Virus record (IMG/VR): IMGVR_UViG_3300037400_006954
From: an uncultured virus (IMG/VR IMGVR_UViG_3300037400_006954)
Lineage: Duplodnaviria > Heunggongvirae > Uroviricota > Caudoviricetes
Length of the DNA stretch: 64,000 nt
Reading direction: 5' to 3' (one strand)
The position numbers were made by a program, and so were the translations under genes. This document shows positions 9,397-17,351 of this stretch, in pieces. Position 1 is the stretch's first letter. Each line of letters starts with the position of its first letter. Under the pieces are notes generated by a model that had not been told where the DNA came from, searched no databases, and worked only from the letters and a program-made list of their open reading frames with translations.

Positions 9397-9473
9397 TGGT
9401 AGACCGCCGGGGACTTGAACCCCGAACCCCGGGCTTAAGAGGCCCATGCTCTGACCAATTGAGCTAGCGGTCC
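9397..9473 (-). tRNA. tRNA-Lys(CTT)
   Basis: Cloverleaf, anticodon loop CTCTTAA, encoded CCA. Confidence 0.95.
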
Positions 9474-9672
9474 GTTTCATGTTAAATCCTTTCTGGCATG
9501 TCAATCCATCCCGTAGCCGTTCCACAGGGGATGATATATTCCGGTCTGGTTCTCCCTTTCGTAGTCGTCGGCGCGTTTCGCGTCTATTTCATCCTGCCAG
9601 GATGTATCCTCGGGCCTGCTGGGCCCGAACTTCTCCAGCTCCTCTACATTTCCCATAGCTCCTCCTTTCAGT

Positions 9673-9900
9673 CTAGTCGGTGTCTGTGAACATGACCCCT
9701 CTGCGCAGGGCCACGAATGCGTCTACCGCACGGTCCCTCTCGGAACCGCTTGTGCATGACATAAGCTTCACCAGGTAGTCCTCGAACTTGCGCTTGCTGC
9801 GGAAGCACAGCCAGGACCCGTAGGCCCTGAATCCGCATCTGCCTACCTTCTTGTCAGACATGATAGGCGTATTGTGCCCGTCTCCTTGCTGTTCGTTCAT
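9673..9900 (-). CDS. Hypothetical protein
   Basis: 75-aa ORF, AAAGGAG RBS. Confidence 0.6.
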   Translation of the reverse strand: MNEQQGDGHNTPIMSDKKVGRCGFRAYGSWLCFRSKRKFEDYLVKLMSCTSGSERDRAVDAFVALRRGVMFTDTD

Positions 9901-9916
9901 GTAAGGCTCCTTTCTT

Positions 9917-9993
9917 TGGTGGGGCTGCCGGGGATCGGACCCGGAACCTACAGTTTAGGAAACTGTCGCTCTGTCCAGTTGAGCTACAACCCC
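9917..9993 (-). tRNA. tRNA-Arg(CCT)
   Basis: Loop TTCCTAA, CCA; atypical T-loop TCCGATC. Confidence 0.9.
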
Positions 9994-9994
9994 G

Positions 9995-10070
9995 TGGTAG
10001 GGACGGAGGGATTCGAACCCTCATTGCTGGCTTCGTAGGCCATGAGTCTATCCAGTTAGCATACGCCCCC
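9995..10070 (-). tRNA. tRNA-Arg(ACG)
   Basis: Loop CTACGAA, CCA. Confidence 0.9.
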
Positions 10071-10072
10071 GT

Positions 10073-10151
10073 TGGGTCGCCGTGCAGGATTCGAACCTGC
10101 GGTTTCCTCGGTCACAACGAGGCGTCTTGACCTGGCTCGACTAACGGCAAC
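10073..10151 (-). tRNA. tRNA-His(GTG)
   Basis: Loop TTGTGAC, G-1:C73, CCA. Confidence 0.95.
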
Positions 10152-10161
10152 ACTGAAATCG

Positions 10162-10237
10162 TGGTGGCGACGGGTGGATTCGGACCACCGACCAACGCCT
10201 TATGAAGGCGCTGCACTAACCGCTGTGCTACGTCGCC
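10162..10237 (-). tRNA. tRNA-Met(CAT), elongator-like
   Basis: GGC acceptor start, loop TTCATAA, CCA; T-loop TCCGAAT. Confidence 0.85.
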
Positions 10238-10410
10238 TAAAATCTACCAGCGGTTCTCAGATGCTTTTAGCACATACTGTGCATCAACCGCAGCCACGGC
10301 ATCATAGGCTTTTGGATTCGACGTGCATATATCTCTTTCGAGCATCGCTTGCACCATTCATGCACGAAGTTTGGTTCTGCCTTACACGTTTCCTGCAAGG
10401 TGGAAAGTTA

Positions 10411-10486
10411 TGGTGGGCCGGAATGGGATCGAACCATTACCGTCGGATTTTCAGTCCGCTGTACACACCGTGTATACGACCGGCCC
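10411..10486 (-). tRNA. tRNA-Phe(GAA)
   Basis: Loop CTGAAAA, CCA. Confidence 0.9.
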
Positions 10487-10487
10487 T

Positions 10488-10565
10488 TGGTTGTCGTGGC
10501 TGGACTTGAACCAGCGAAATGCCGGTGTATCAGACCGGTGCGTTAACCAGCTTCGCCACACGACA
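10488..10565 (-). tRNA. tRNA-Ile(GAT)
   Basis: Loop CTGATAC, CCA. Confidence 0.9.
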
Positions 10566-10581
10566 ATGAAGATTGAAAAAT

Positions 10582-10822
10582 TGAGTCGGCCTGCGAGATC
10601 GCCTCGCAGTGCACACGGGTGCGCCGATCGCTAGAGGTGCGGCCCGTACCTAGGATAGTCCGCACTTATGACGCGCCTTAGCATACTGGCTTTCCCAGTC
10701 CTCCGTCGGGCTTCATCCGCCATCCTGGGTAGCCGTTTTCACTGGCATCCTGTGGCGTCTTGTATCCCGCGTGTGCAAGCTCCCGGCCATTTGCTTGGGC
10801 TTGCGGAACGTCTGCCGACTCG
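10582..10822 (-). ncRNA. Unidentified ~240-nt structured RNA
   Basis: Termini pair (GAGUCGGC/GCCGACUC); internal helices GCAAGC/GCUUGC, ACUGG/CCAGU, GUGCGG/CCGCAC, CUGCGAG/CUCGCAG; non-coding gap within the tRNA array. Confidence 0.55.
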
Positions 10823-10828
10823 AAACCG

Positions 10829-11197
10829 CTACTTCTTCCAGGTGACGAGAAAGTCCCAGAGATCGTCGATCGCGTCTATGCAGGCGTCGATGACGTGGAA
10901 CTTGCCGGTGTCGGTGAGCCTCTTCAGGGCCGCGAGGTAGTCCGACTCCTTGCCAGCGCCGTTGAGGCCGAGCGAGATGTGGGCGACGTAGCTTTCGTAT
11001 TTCTGCCCGTCGAACTTGCCCTTGACCTTCAGTACGCGGAAGGCGTACATCCTGTCCTTATTGGTGGATTTCGACTTTACCAGGGCCTTGATCTCCTTGG
11101 CCGCCGCCGACCTCGTGCTCACTACGGCATTGTCCACGTCGTCGAATTTCTTCTCGAGGTACGCGGCGCTGCCGAATACAATTCCTGTCTCTTTCAT
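10829..11197 (-). CDS. Hypothetical protein
   Basis: ORF from MKETG with AAGGA RBS. Confidence 0.7.
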   Translation of the reverse strand: MKETGIVFGSAAYLEKKFDDVDNAVVSTRSAAAKEIKALVKSKSTNKDRMYAFRVLKVKGKFDGQKYESYVAHISLGLNGAGKESDYLAALKRLTDTGKFHVIDACIDAIDDLWDFLVTWKK

Positions 11198-11235
11198 TGA
11201 ATTGTCCTTTTTTGTCTTTAGGTTACAGGTGACAG

Positions 11236-11311
11236 TGGCAGCCCCAACGGGATTCGAACCCATGTTACCCGGCTGAGAACCGGGTGTACTGGACCACTAT
11301 ACGATGAGGCC
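11236..11311 (-). tRNA. tRNA-Glu(CTC)
   Basis: Loop TTCTCAG, CCA. Confidence 0.9.
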
Positions 11312-11314
11312 ATT

Positions 11315-11392
11315 TGGCAGGGGCGAGGGGACTCGAACCCCCAGATTCCGCCTTGAAAGGGCAGTGACTGTAACCAGTTTGTCTACACCCCC
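11315..11392 (-). tRNA. tRNA-Glu(TTC)
   Basis: Loop CTTTCAA, CCA. Confidence 0.9.
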
Positions 11393-11428
11393 TGAAATCG
11401 TTGCTTTCCGTGCTTGTCCATAGCTATA

Positions 11429-11504
11429 TGGTTGGGGATTCAGGGCTCGAACCTGAAACCTTCTGGGTCAGAACCAGATGCTCTACCGATTGCGCTAATC
11501 CCCA
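11429..11504 (-). tRNA. tRNA-Gln(CTG)
   Basis: U1-A72, loop TTCTGAC, CCA. Confidence 0.9.
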
Positions 11505-11507
11505 GTA

Positions 11508-11589
11508 TGGTGCGCGATGAGGGACTCGAACCCCCACGCCGAAGCAGCGGAACCTAAATCCGCCGTGTCTGCCATTTCACCAATCGCGC
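11508..11589 (-). tRNA. tRNA-Leu(TAG)
   Basis: Long variable arm, loop TTTAGGT, CCA. Confidence 0.95.
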
Positions 11590-11622
11590 AGACGTACATA
11601 GTATAGCAAAGAGTTGCCTTAA

Positions 11623-11697
11623 TGGCGGGGTATGGCGGAGTCGAACCGCCCTGAGGAGATCGACAATCTCCCATACTAACCGATGTATGAATACCCC
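11623..11697 (-). tRNA. tRNA-Asp(GTC)
   Basis: Loop TTGTCGA, G73, CCA. Confidence 0.9.
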
Positions 11698-11772
11698 TGG
11701 TTGGGCCGGCGGGAATCGAACCCGCGTAGCCCCGATTAAAAGTCGGGTACATGGCCTCTCTGTCACGGCCCA
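11698..11772 (-). tRNA. tRNA-Lys(TTT)
   Basis: Loop CTTTTAA, CCA; abuts tRNA-Asp with no spacer. Confidence 0.85.
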
Positions 11773-11773
11773 A

Positions 11774-11865
11774 TGGCGGAAGGTACAGGATTTGAACCTG
11801 TGGGGGGATTGCTCCCCCGCCTCCTTAGCAAGGAGGTGCTTTAAGCCAAGCTCAGCCAACCTTCC
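11774..11865 (-). tRNA. tRNA-Ser(GCT)
   Basis: Long variable arm, loop TTGCTAA, CCA. Confidence 0.95.
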
Positions 11866-12614
11866 TACAGTTCGACTATGAAGTTGTGCCTGTATCCCGT
11901 TGTCTCCTTGTACGAGATGCTTTCGTACCCGTACGGATTCCTGACGTACCTGGTGTTGCCGAGCCGCATGTCCATGAAGTCATGGCAGTGCCCGTGTATC
12001 CACAGAGGCACGTCTATTGCGGCTATGTCGCCATGGGCCTTCTCCCCCATGACGTAGAACGCCTCGTTGACCTCGCTGTCCGCGTACTTCGGGTCGAGCA
12101 TCTCTATCCTTGGGGCGTGGTGCGTAACGACCACCGGAATCTCGCCGCGAGCCTTGCACGCGCCGACTTCGTCCTCGATCCACTTCAGGTTCTCCCAGAA
12201 GAGGTAGGTGCAGACATACGTGTCGAATCCGGGTATGTAGTTGTAGTCGTTGAGCGCCCTCCTGATCAGCTCGTTGTGCTGTATGGGCGTCCACATCGGA
12301 GAGCATATGAACGTCACGGTCCTGTCGCCGTCCTGCACCGACTCGACGAAGTTGTCCCTCTTGCAGGGCATCTCCAAGTCGTTGAAGTAGTGCATGGCGG
12401 TGTAGTAGTCGTGGTTCCCCTTTACTGCCACTATCCTCCCGAACTTGCCGCCCACGGCCTCTTCCAGGACCCTCCGTATCTCGTGCCAGTTGTCCCTGGT
12501 TCCCAGGTCGCCGGCCACGACCAGCACGTCCGCGGGCTCAAGGCTTCCGACGTCGAACGACTTAGGAAGCTCTCCGCCCGGGCAGTGCAGGTCGCTTACG
12601 ATGCTTATCTTCAT
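11865..12614 (-). CDS. Calcineurin-like metallophosphoesterase
   Basis: Motifs SDLH, AGD, GNHD, THHAP, HGHCH, NPYGY. Confidence 0.92.
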   Translation of the reverse strand: MKISIVSDLHCPGGELPKSFDVGSLEPADVLVVAGDLGTRDNWHEIRRVLEEAVGGKFGRIVAVKGNHDYYTAMHYFNDLEMPCKRDNFVESVQDGDRTVTFICSPMWTPIQHNELIRRALNDYNYIPGFDTYVCTYLFWENLKWIEDEVGACKARGEIPVVVTHHAPRIEMLDPKYADSEVNEAFYVMGEKAHGDIAAIDVPLWIHGHCHDFMDMRLGNTRYVRNPYGYESISYKETTGYRHNFIVEL

Positions 12615-12615
12615 G

Positions 12616-13797
12616 TCAGTCCTTCTGCTTGAGGAGGTATCTGTTGGACACCGCCTTGAAGCTTACGAACGGGCCGTCGTCGCAGGACTTGAACACAAGT
12701 CCCTCGCGCTCGTGGCCACGTGCGGTCTTACCCTCGGCGAACTTGAGCATCTCGTCCATGGACGTTATCTCGTCGAACACCTTCATGAACTTGTTGACTA
12801 CCGGGACATATGGGATGCCCAGGTCTTCGCACAGGTCCTGCGCGTGGCCTGGCATTAGGAACCACTGGTTCTTTATGTCCCATATCCTGAACACGTGCCA
12901 TTCGAACTCGGTGTACAGGTCGCGGTTGCCGTTGACTCCCGGACCGACCAGCTCTCCCTGGAACGCCAGTTCGGTGTGGCTCATCGCGTTTGCCTTGGCC
13001 AGCTTCTCACGAAGGCCGTACTTCTCGGCTACCTGCCAGGGCACCGGCGTCGCGCCGCTCTCCATCTTTGGCTTGAGCCTGAGATTGCGGGAGCAGACCC
13101 CGAACGGATTTTCCGGGTCCACTTCCGCGGACAGGAACACCGTTACGGAAGAGCCGTCGTTCTTCTCCGTCACCTCGAACGCCCTGCCCTTCATCTTCTC
13201 GAAGTAGTCCCCGAGGTTCTGGATGCGCTCCTCGTCGGTCTTAGGTATGAACTCCGACGGGAACTTGCCCATCGCGTCGGCGGAAACCGGATTGCCTCCC
13301 GACGCGGGCCTGAGGGCTTCGGCCACCTCGTCGTAGTGCTCAACCTTCAGAATCTTGGTGACGTCCGCCCCGACCAGGGGCTCAAGTGTGATGTCCATCC
13401 CCTCGCTCTCAGGGTCGCGCTTCAGGTACACGCCCTTGTCGTCCGACGTTATCCTGTCTGTGATCTCCTTGAACTGGTCTATCGGCATGAGCAGCCCCTG
13501 GGAGATGACTCCGCGGAGCTTGCATGTCTTTATCTTCAGGCCTTCCTTCAGCACCTGCCCGCTCTTCGAGACGAACTTCCTGAGGCACCTCTCCCTGAGG
13601 AACTCGTACCTGGGGTCGTCTGCCGGCAGGTAGCTGTCAATCTCGAAGTAGACGGCCCTGTCCCCGGGCTTGTACTCATCGCGTCCGGTGACTATCTTCC
13701 AGCCCTTGCCCACCATCGTAGCGACGGAGAGCCTGTCGGTATCCGGTATCGGATCGCACGTCGCGATCTCCACGACGCTTGCCAGCTTTCTTGACAT
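12616..13797 (-). CDS. ATP-dependent RNA ligase, DRB0094-type (N-terminal OB domain + nucleotidyltransferase)
   Basis: RKLASV...VYFEIDS...KLRGVISQGL OB domain; PKTDEERIQN, TEKNDGSS (motif I), QGELVGPG, REGLVFK, SFKAVSNRYLLK. Confidence 0.93.
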   Translation of the reverse strand: MSRKLASVVEIATCDPIPDTDRLSVATMVGKGWKIVTGRDEYKPGDRAVYFEIDSYLPADDPRYEFLRERCLRKFVSKSGQVLKEGLKIKTCKLRGVISQGLLMPIDQFKEITDRITSDDKGVYLKRDPESEGMDITLEPLVGADVTKILKVEHYDEVAEALRPASGGNPVSADAMGKFPSEFIPKTDEERIQNLGDYFEKMKGRAFEVTEKNDGSSVTVFLSAEVDPENPFGVCSRNLRLKPKMESGATPVPWQVAEKYGLREKLAKANAMSHTELAFQGELVGPGVNGNRDLYTEFEWHVFRIWDIKNQWFLMPGHAQDLCEDLGIPYVPVVNKFMKVFDEITSMDEMLKFAEGKTARGHEREGLVFKSCDDGPFVSFKAVSNRYLLKQKD

Positions 13798-13824
13798 TTT
13801 GTGTTTCCTTTCTTCTTTAAGTTA

Positions 13825-13898
13825 TGGCTGCGGCAGCTGGATTCGAACCAGCGCACACGACTTCAAGGGACGCCGTGCTACCACTACACCATGCCGCA
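13825..13898 (-). tRNA. tRNA-Gln(TTG), atypical
   Basis: Loop CCTTGAA (C at 33), U-U mismatch in anticodon stem, CCA. Confidence 0.75.
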
Positions 13899-13900
13899 AA

Positions 13901-13977
13901 TGGTGGACCTGGAGGGACTTGAACCCCCGACCAGATGATTATGAGTCATCAGCTCTAACCGACTGAGCTACAGGTCC
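13901..13977 (-). tRNA. tRNA-Ile2(CAT, lysidine type) or Met
   Basis: GGACC acceptor, loop CTCATAA, CCA. Confidence 0.85.
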
Positions 13978-13979
13978 AG

Positions 13980-14068
13980 TGGCGGAGAGTGAGGGACTCG
14001 AACCCCCGTGCCCTTTCGGACAAACGGTTTTCAAGACCGCCCCGGTATGACCACTTCGGTAACTCTCC
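13980..14068 (-). tRNA. tRNA-Ser(TGA)
   Basis: Long variable arm, loop CTTGAAA, CCA. Confidence 0.95.
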
Positions 14069-14074
14069 TTGAAA

Positions 14075-14149
14075 TGGCTGCCTAGGTAGGATTCGAACCT
14101 ACGACCTTGGAGTTAACAGCTCCCTGCACTACCGCTGTGCTACTAGGCA
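14075..14149 (-). tRNA. tRNA-Asn(GTT)
   Basis: Loop CTGTTAA, G73, CCA. Confidence 0.92.
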
Positions 14150-14728
14150 TCAAATCGTAACAAACAAATCGTCGTATTCCTTGGCACGGTCCGCCGCGCC
14201 GTCGGAAACTACGTACCCGCAGGGCTTGGACTCCGGGCACCTGCCCCTGTAGATGCAGTTTGGCACACAGTACTGAACCACTATGGGGTCTACCTTCGCC
14301 ACTGCGTCGAGGATCTCCTGCATGCGCTTCCTGGTCTCCGGGTGCGCCATCCCGCACAGCCTCCTCCGGGCCATGTAGATGAGCTCCAGGGCGTTTACCT
14401 GGCAGTCCAGCGGAACCGAAGTGCCCTGCGGCATCTCGTCCCTTGGAAGCGGGTTGTCGTGCCTGTCGTCCCTCGACGACCCCTGACCCCACGTGACCCC
14501 GAACTTGTGCCGCGTGAAATGCGCCGTCATCCAGTACTTTATGTCCGGCTGGTGTATGTAGTACTCTACCAAAGCCAGCGGGCCGTGCTCTGCCCTGCAC
14601 AAAGCGTGCTTAAACGCGTCGCTGGGCTCCTTGTCCGTAGAGCCCTTCCACATTGTGTTCCTGCACATCCTGAGAGCCCTCTCCCACGAACCTGGGACGA
14701 GCTCAGCCGTTATAGTCTTGTCGCTCAT
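14150..14728 (-). CDS. thyX: FAD-dependent thymidylate synthase-like protein (divergent)
   Basis: AEHGPL, HFTRHK-x7-SSR, NALEL...RRLC, C-terminal CxYRGxCPE. Confidence 0.7.
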   Translation of the reverse strand: MSDKTITAELVPGSWERALRMCRNTMWKGSTDKEPSDAFKHALCRAEHGPLALVEYYIHQPDIKYWMTAHFTRHKFGVTWGQGSSRDDRHDNPLPRDEMPQGTSVPLDCQVNALELIYMARRRLCGMAHPETRKRMQEILDAVAKVDPIVVQYCVPNCIYRGRCPESKPCGYVVSDGAADRAKEYDDLFVTI

Positions 14729-14740
14729 GTCATTCTCCTG

Positions 14741-14817
14741 TGGCGCGTCTGGAGGGACTCGAACCCACAACGAGCGGATTAGAAATCCGCTGGTCTATCC
14801 TGTTGACCTACAGACGC
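14741..14817 (-). tRNA. tRNA-Arg(TCT)
   Basis: Loop TTTCTAA, CCA. Confidence 0.93.
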
Positions 14818-14842
14818 ACGTTTTACATTTCAGTAAATCAAG

Positions 14843-15021
14843 TCCCGATGCCAAACAGAGGCCAACCAGCGGCCTCATGGCAAAGCCCGTCGGGAGCGGG
14901 TATGCTCTTATAGTTTAACGCCGCAAAGAGTCAGTCGTTCAGGCGCCGCCTTGTCCGGTGATCAGGCCGGAAAGGCAGTGAAGGTCACACGGAGGACGAA
15001 GGATCCGTGGTTGGACTCTGC
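14843..15021 (-). ncRNA. Unidentified ~180-nt structured intergenic RNA
   Basis: Helices AGAGUC/GACUCU, CACGGA/UCCGUG, GCCUUUCCGG/CCGGACAAGGC, UCCCGA/UCGGGA, GAGGCC/GGCCUC. Confidence 0.4.
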
Positions 15022-15079
15022 ATTATCCTTGGCCCGGGATGCCCCGGAGTCGCGATCTCGCCATGCAGTGGAAGTAGCG

Positions 15080-15619
15080 TCACTGGTACCGTCTGTCGCT
15101 CTGGATTATGCCGTACTTGTGGAAGTACGCGAGCGGCCTCATCTTCCTTACCTTGCCCGAAGGGTCGTTTGCCCTCGGCACGTAGAACCCCCACTTGTGG
15201 TACTTCTTCCCCTCTAGCAGTAGCGTCCACGCCCCCTCTTTTGGGATGTCCAGGAAGTGCTTCGCGGTGGCTTTCGAGAACCACACCGAGTTCTTCCAGT
15301 TAAGCAGGCAGTGCAGCGAATTGAACATGCCGGCGACGAATATCTTTCTGTTGTTGGACGCCGACGGCTTCTTGTCGGGGTCTATCGGGACCACGTTCCT
15401 GTAGTACCCCTTGAGAACTATGCTCAGCAGGTTGGCGCTGTGGTCGTGGAAGAACCTCCTGTCGTCGGACCTAAGCCAGTGGTGGAACCTTATGCTCCTG
15501 CCGAACAGGATGAACGTGTACCTGACCAGGTACGGGTTCCTTGGGTCGCCGAGCCTCTCGGCCCACCGGACCTGGAACCACTTCCCGAACGGTCTCGTGT
15601 CTGATGAACCTGTGCTCAT
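15080..15619 (-). CDS. Hypothetical phage protein, cupin-like
   Basis: PYLVRY...IRFHHWLRSDDRRFFHDH...IVLKGYY...H...AWTL...WGF. Confidence 0.6.
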   Translation of the reverse strand: MSTGSSDTRPFGKWFQVRWAERLGDPRNPYLVRYTFILFGRSIRFHHWLRSDDRRFFHDHSANLLSIVLKGYYRNVVPIDPDKKPSASNNRKIFVAGMFNSLHCLLNWKNSVWFSKATAKHFLDIPKEGAWTLLLEGKKYHKWGFYVPRANDPSGKVRKMRPLAYFHKYGIIQSDRRYQ

Positions 15620-15637
15620 TGCAACTCCTTTCGTAGA

Positions 15638-15817
15638 TGGTCGGCGTGGCGGGATTCGAACCTCGCGGAGACGTGGCCTACGCCCCCGTGTAGCCAGCGC
15701 GAATTAACGCATCTTAAAGCTATTCGCCATCCTCCCCTTGTTCAGGCACTTGCCGATTGTCAGCTGATCTCGGCGGTGAACCCTCGGGGCGTGCTATCCT
15801 GTTACACCATCACGCCG
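15638..15817 (-). ncRNA. tRNA-like RNA with ~100-nt insertion replacing the anticodon loop
   Basis: Acceptor CGGCGTG/CACGCCG-A-CCA, D-arm GGTGTAACAGGATAGCAC, T-loop TTCGAAT; GCCCC/GGGGC stem encloses a long insert. Confidence 0.7.
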
Positions 15818-15825
15818 TTTGAAAA

Positions 15826-15901
15826 TGGTCAGGCCGGGAGGACTCGAACCTCTCGATCGAGCACCGGCGCCTTAGCTGTCGGCACCGGCTACGGCAGCCT
15901 G
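15826..15901 (-). ncRNA. D-armless tRNA-like RNA
   Basis: Acceptor CAGGCTG/CGGCCTG-A-CCA, T-arm GAGG-TTCGAGT-CCTC, single 8-bp hairpin CCGGTGCC/GGCGCCGG with 9-nt loop; no D stem. Confidence 0.6.
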
Positions 15902-16024
15902 GTCAATTGCACCAGGTCCCCGTCGCTCTCCTTCTCCATGTAGTCCGTGCGGATACGATCGCTTTCCGCCCGTGTTTTAAGGAGATGTGCAAACCCTTAC
16001 ACCTCGGCCCGTTAATAAGATTCG

Positions 16025-16879
16025 CTAGAACGGAAACTCCTGTACCTGCAGTCCGGCTCTTGCAGCCGTATCCGCGGTAAGCGGCTGGCCTATGATTCGC
16101 ATGAGCTCCTCTCGCTGCTCGGGGGTTATCTCTATTGAACGCCCTCCGGGGCATGCCTGGCTTGGAATGTCGGCCGAGGCTCCGGCGGAAACCGGAGAAC
16201 CGGGATCCGCGCGCAAGTCAGTGTCCATGCCCATGCCGGCCGTGCATGCGCTTCCGCCCGCGTCTGGGCTTAGCGCGAAGTCTCCGCACACGTAGCGCGG
16301 CACGGCTTCGAACGGCGCGGCACCGAGATGCCATGGCGGCACGGCGCTGAACGGATTCCTCATGAAGTCCGTATCGTTTCCGATGCGGATTGATATGCCG
16401 TCCCAGAAGTCCGCCCTCTTTGGAACTATGTGGCTCGACGCGTCGCTGAAGAGCTTGTCCGAGTCGTACCTAACGTCACTCATGCTCATCTCTCCGCGCT
16501 TGTACGCTCTCATGGACATCCTGTCGAACACGTTGCCGCCGAACGGAACGTAGATGTGCACCGACCGGTCTAGCCCCACGTATGCACATGCCGCAACCGG
16601 GATCTCGTCATTGCCTCCCGCGCCAAACCACAGCACCGGCACCCCGTTGGACAGCCTGTAGTATCCGGTGATCAGGCCGCTAAGCCCGTCTACGTAGTTT
16701 CCTCCGCCGTCGGGGTCTATTACCCTGTCCCGCCCGAATTTTACGCTTCCCTCCAGGTCATACCTGATGCGTTCCAGGCAGAGTATGTCCTTGATTCCGA
16801 ACTCGTAGCCCTTTATGCTGGTGTCGAGCGTCTGCTCGCTGCACCCCTCCAGGGCAAAAAACCTACTTTCCGATTCCAT
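16025..16879 (-). CDS. Hypothetical protein
   Basis: ORF from MESESR with AAGGAG RBS. Confidence 0.7.
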   Translation of the reverse strand: MESESRFFALEGCSEQTLDTSIKGYEFGIKDILCLERIRYDLEGSVKFGRDRVIDPDGGGNYVDGLSGLITGYYRLSNGVPVLWFGAGGNDEIPVAACAYVGLDRSVHIYVPFGGNVFDRMSMRAYKRGEMSMSDVRYDSDKLFSDASSHIVPKRADFWDGISIRIGNDTDFMRNPFSAVPPWHLGAAPFEAVPRYVCGDFALSPDAGGSACTAGMGMDTDLRADPGSPVSAGASADIPSQACPGGRSIEITPEQREELMRIIGQPLTADTAARAGLQVQEFPF

Positions 16880-16896
16880 TGTTGATTCTCCTTTCA

Positions 16897-16985
16897 TGGT
16901 CGCCGGGGGTGGATTCGAACCACCGACGGTTTCGCAATGAGGGCAGATTTACAGTCTGCTGCAGTCGCCACTGTGCCACCCGGCG
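16897..16985 (-). tRNA. tRNA-Tyr(GTA) with C1-G72
   Basis: Loop CTGTAAA, long variable region, CCA. Confidence 0.9.
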
Positions 16986-16994
16986 TATTTGAAA

Positions 16995-17074
16995 TGGTGG
17001 ATCCGAAGGGAGTCGAACCCTCTGTGTGTCTGCTTGCAAAGCAGATGCCTTTGCCACGCTCGAGCCACGGACCC
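16995..17074 (-). tRNA. tRNA-Ala(TGC)
   Basis: G3-U70, loop TTTGCAA, CCA. Confidence 0.92.
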
Positions 17075-17082
17075 GTTGAAAA

Positions 17083-17158
17083 TGGAGCCTGGTGAGGGAT
17101 TCGAACCCCCGAGATACCTCATTACAAATGAGGCGCAGTGCCGCTGTGCCAACCAGGC
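17083..17158 (-). tRNA. tRNA-Thr(TGT)
   Basis: Loop TTTGTAA, CCA. Confidence 0.92.
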
Positions 17159-17178
17159 TAGTGACAAGCGGAATAGGT

Positions 17179-17248
17179 GAGCGGGGCGTACTGTGGTGGG
17201 GGACGAAGTCCTCCGGTTGTTGTGAGATTATAGGAACGCCCTGTGCTC
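17179..17248 (-). ncRNA. GUUCCUA-stem RNA, copy H (short payload)
   Basis: GAGC-ACA-GGGCG-UUCC-UA ... UA-CGCCC-C-GCUC. Confidence 0.75.
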
Positions 17249-17255
17249 GAAAGAG

Positions 17256-17342
17256 CTGCGCGGGGAGTATGTCTACCTTACCAAGGTGGGCTTCAGGGAT
17301 TTTGGCCCCGAAGTATCCATAATAGGAACTCCCTGTGCGCGG
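17256..17342 (-). ncRNA. GUUCCUA-stem RNA, copy G (hairpin payload)
   Basis: GCGC-ACA-GGGAG-UUCC-UAU ... AUA-CUCCC-C-GCGC. Confidence 0.75.
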
Positions 17343-17351
17343 AAATCGTGT

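Noticed and set aside
12855..12870. Extra TAGGAAC word inside the RNA ligase gene
   Set aside because: It lacks the flanking ACA loop and paired stems; chance occurrence.
14955..14985. SRP RNA-like word TCAGGCCGGAAAGGCAG on the + strand
   Set aside because: It does not match the domain IV symmetric loop and lies opposite to local transcription.
15638..15901. tmRNA (one- or two-piece)
   Set aside because: No G3-U70 alanine identity, wrong length, and no recognisable tag reading frame.
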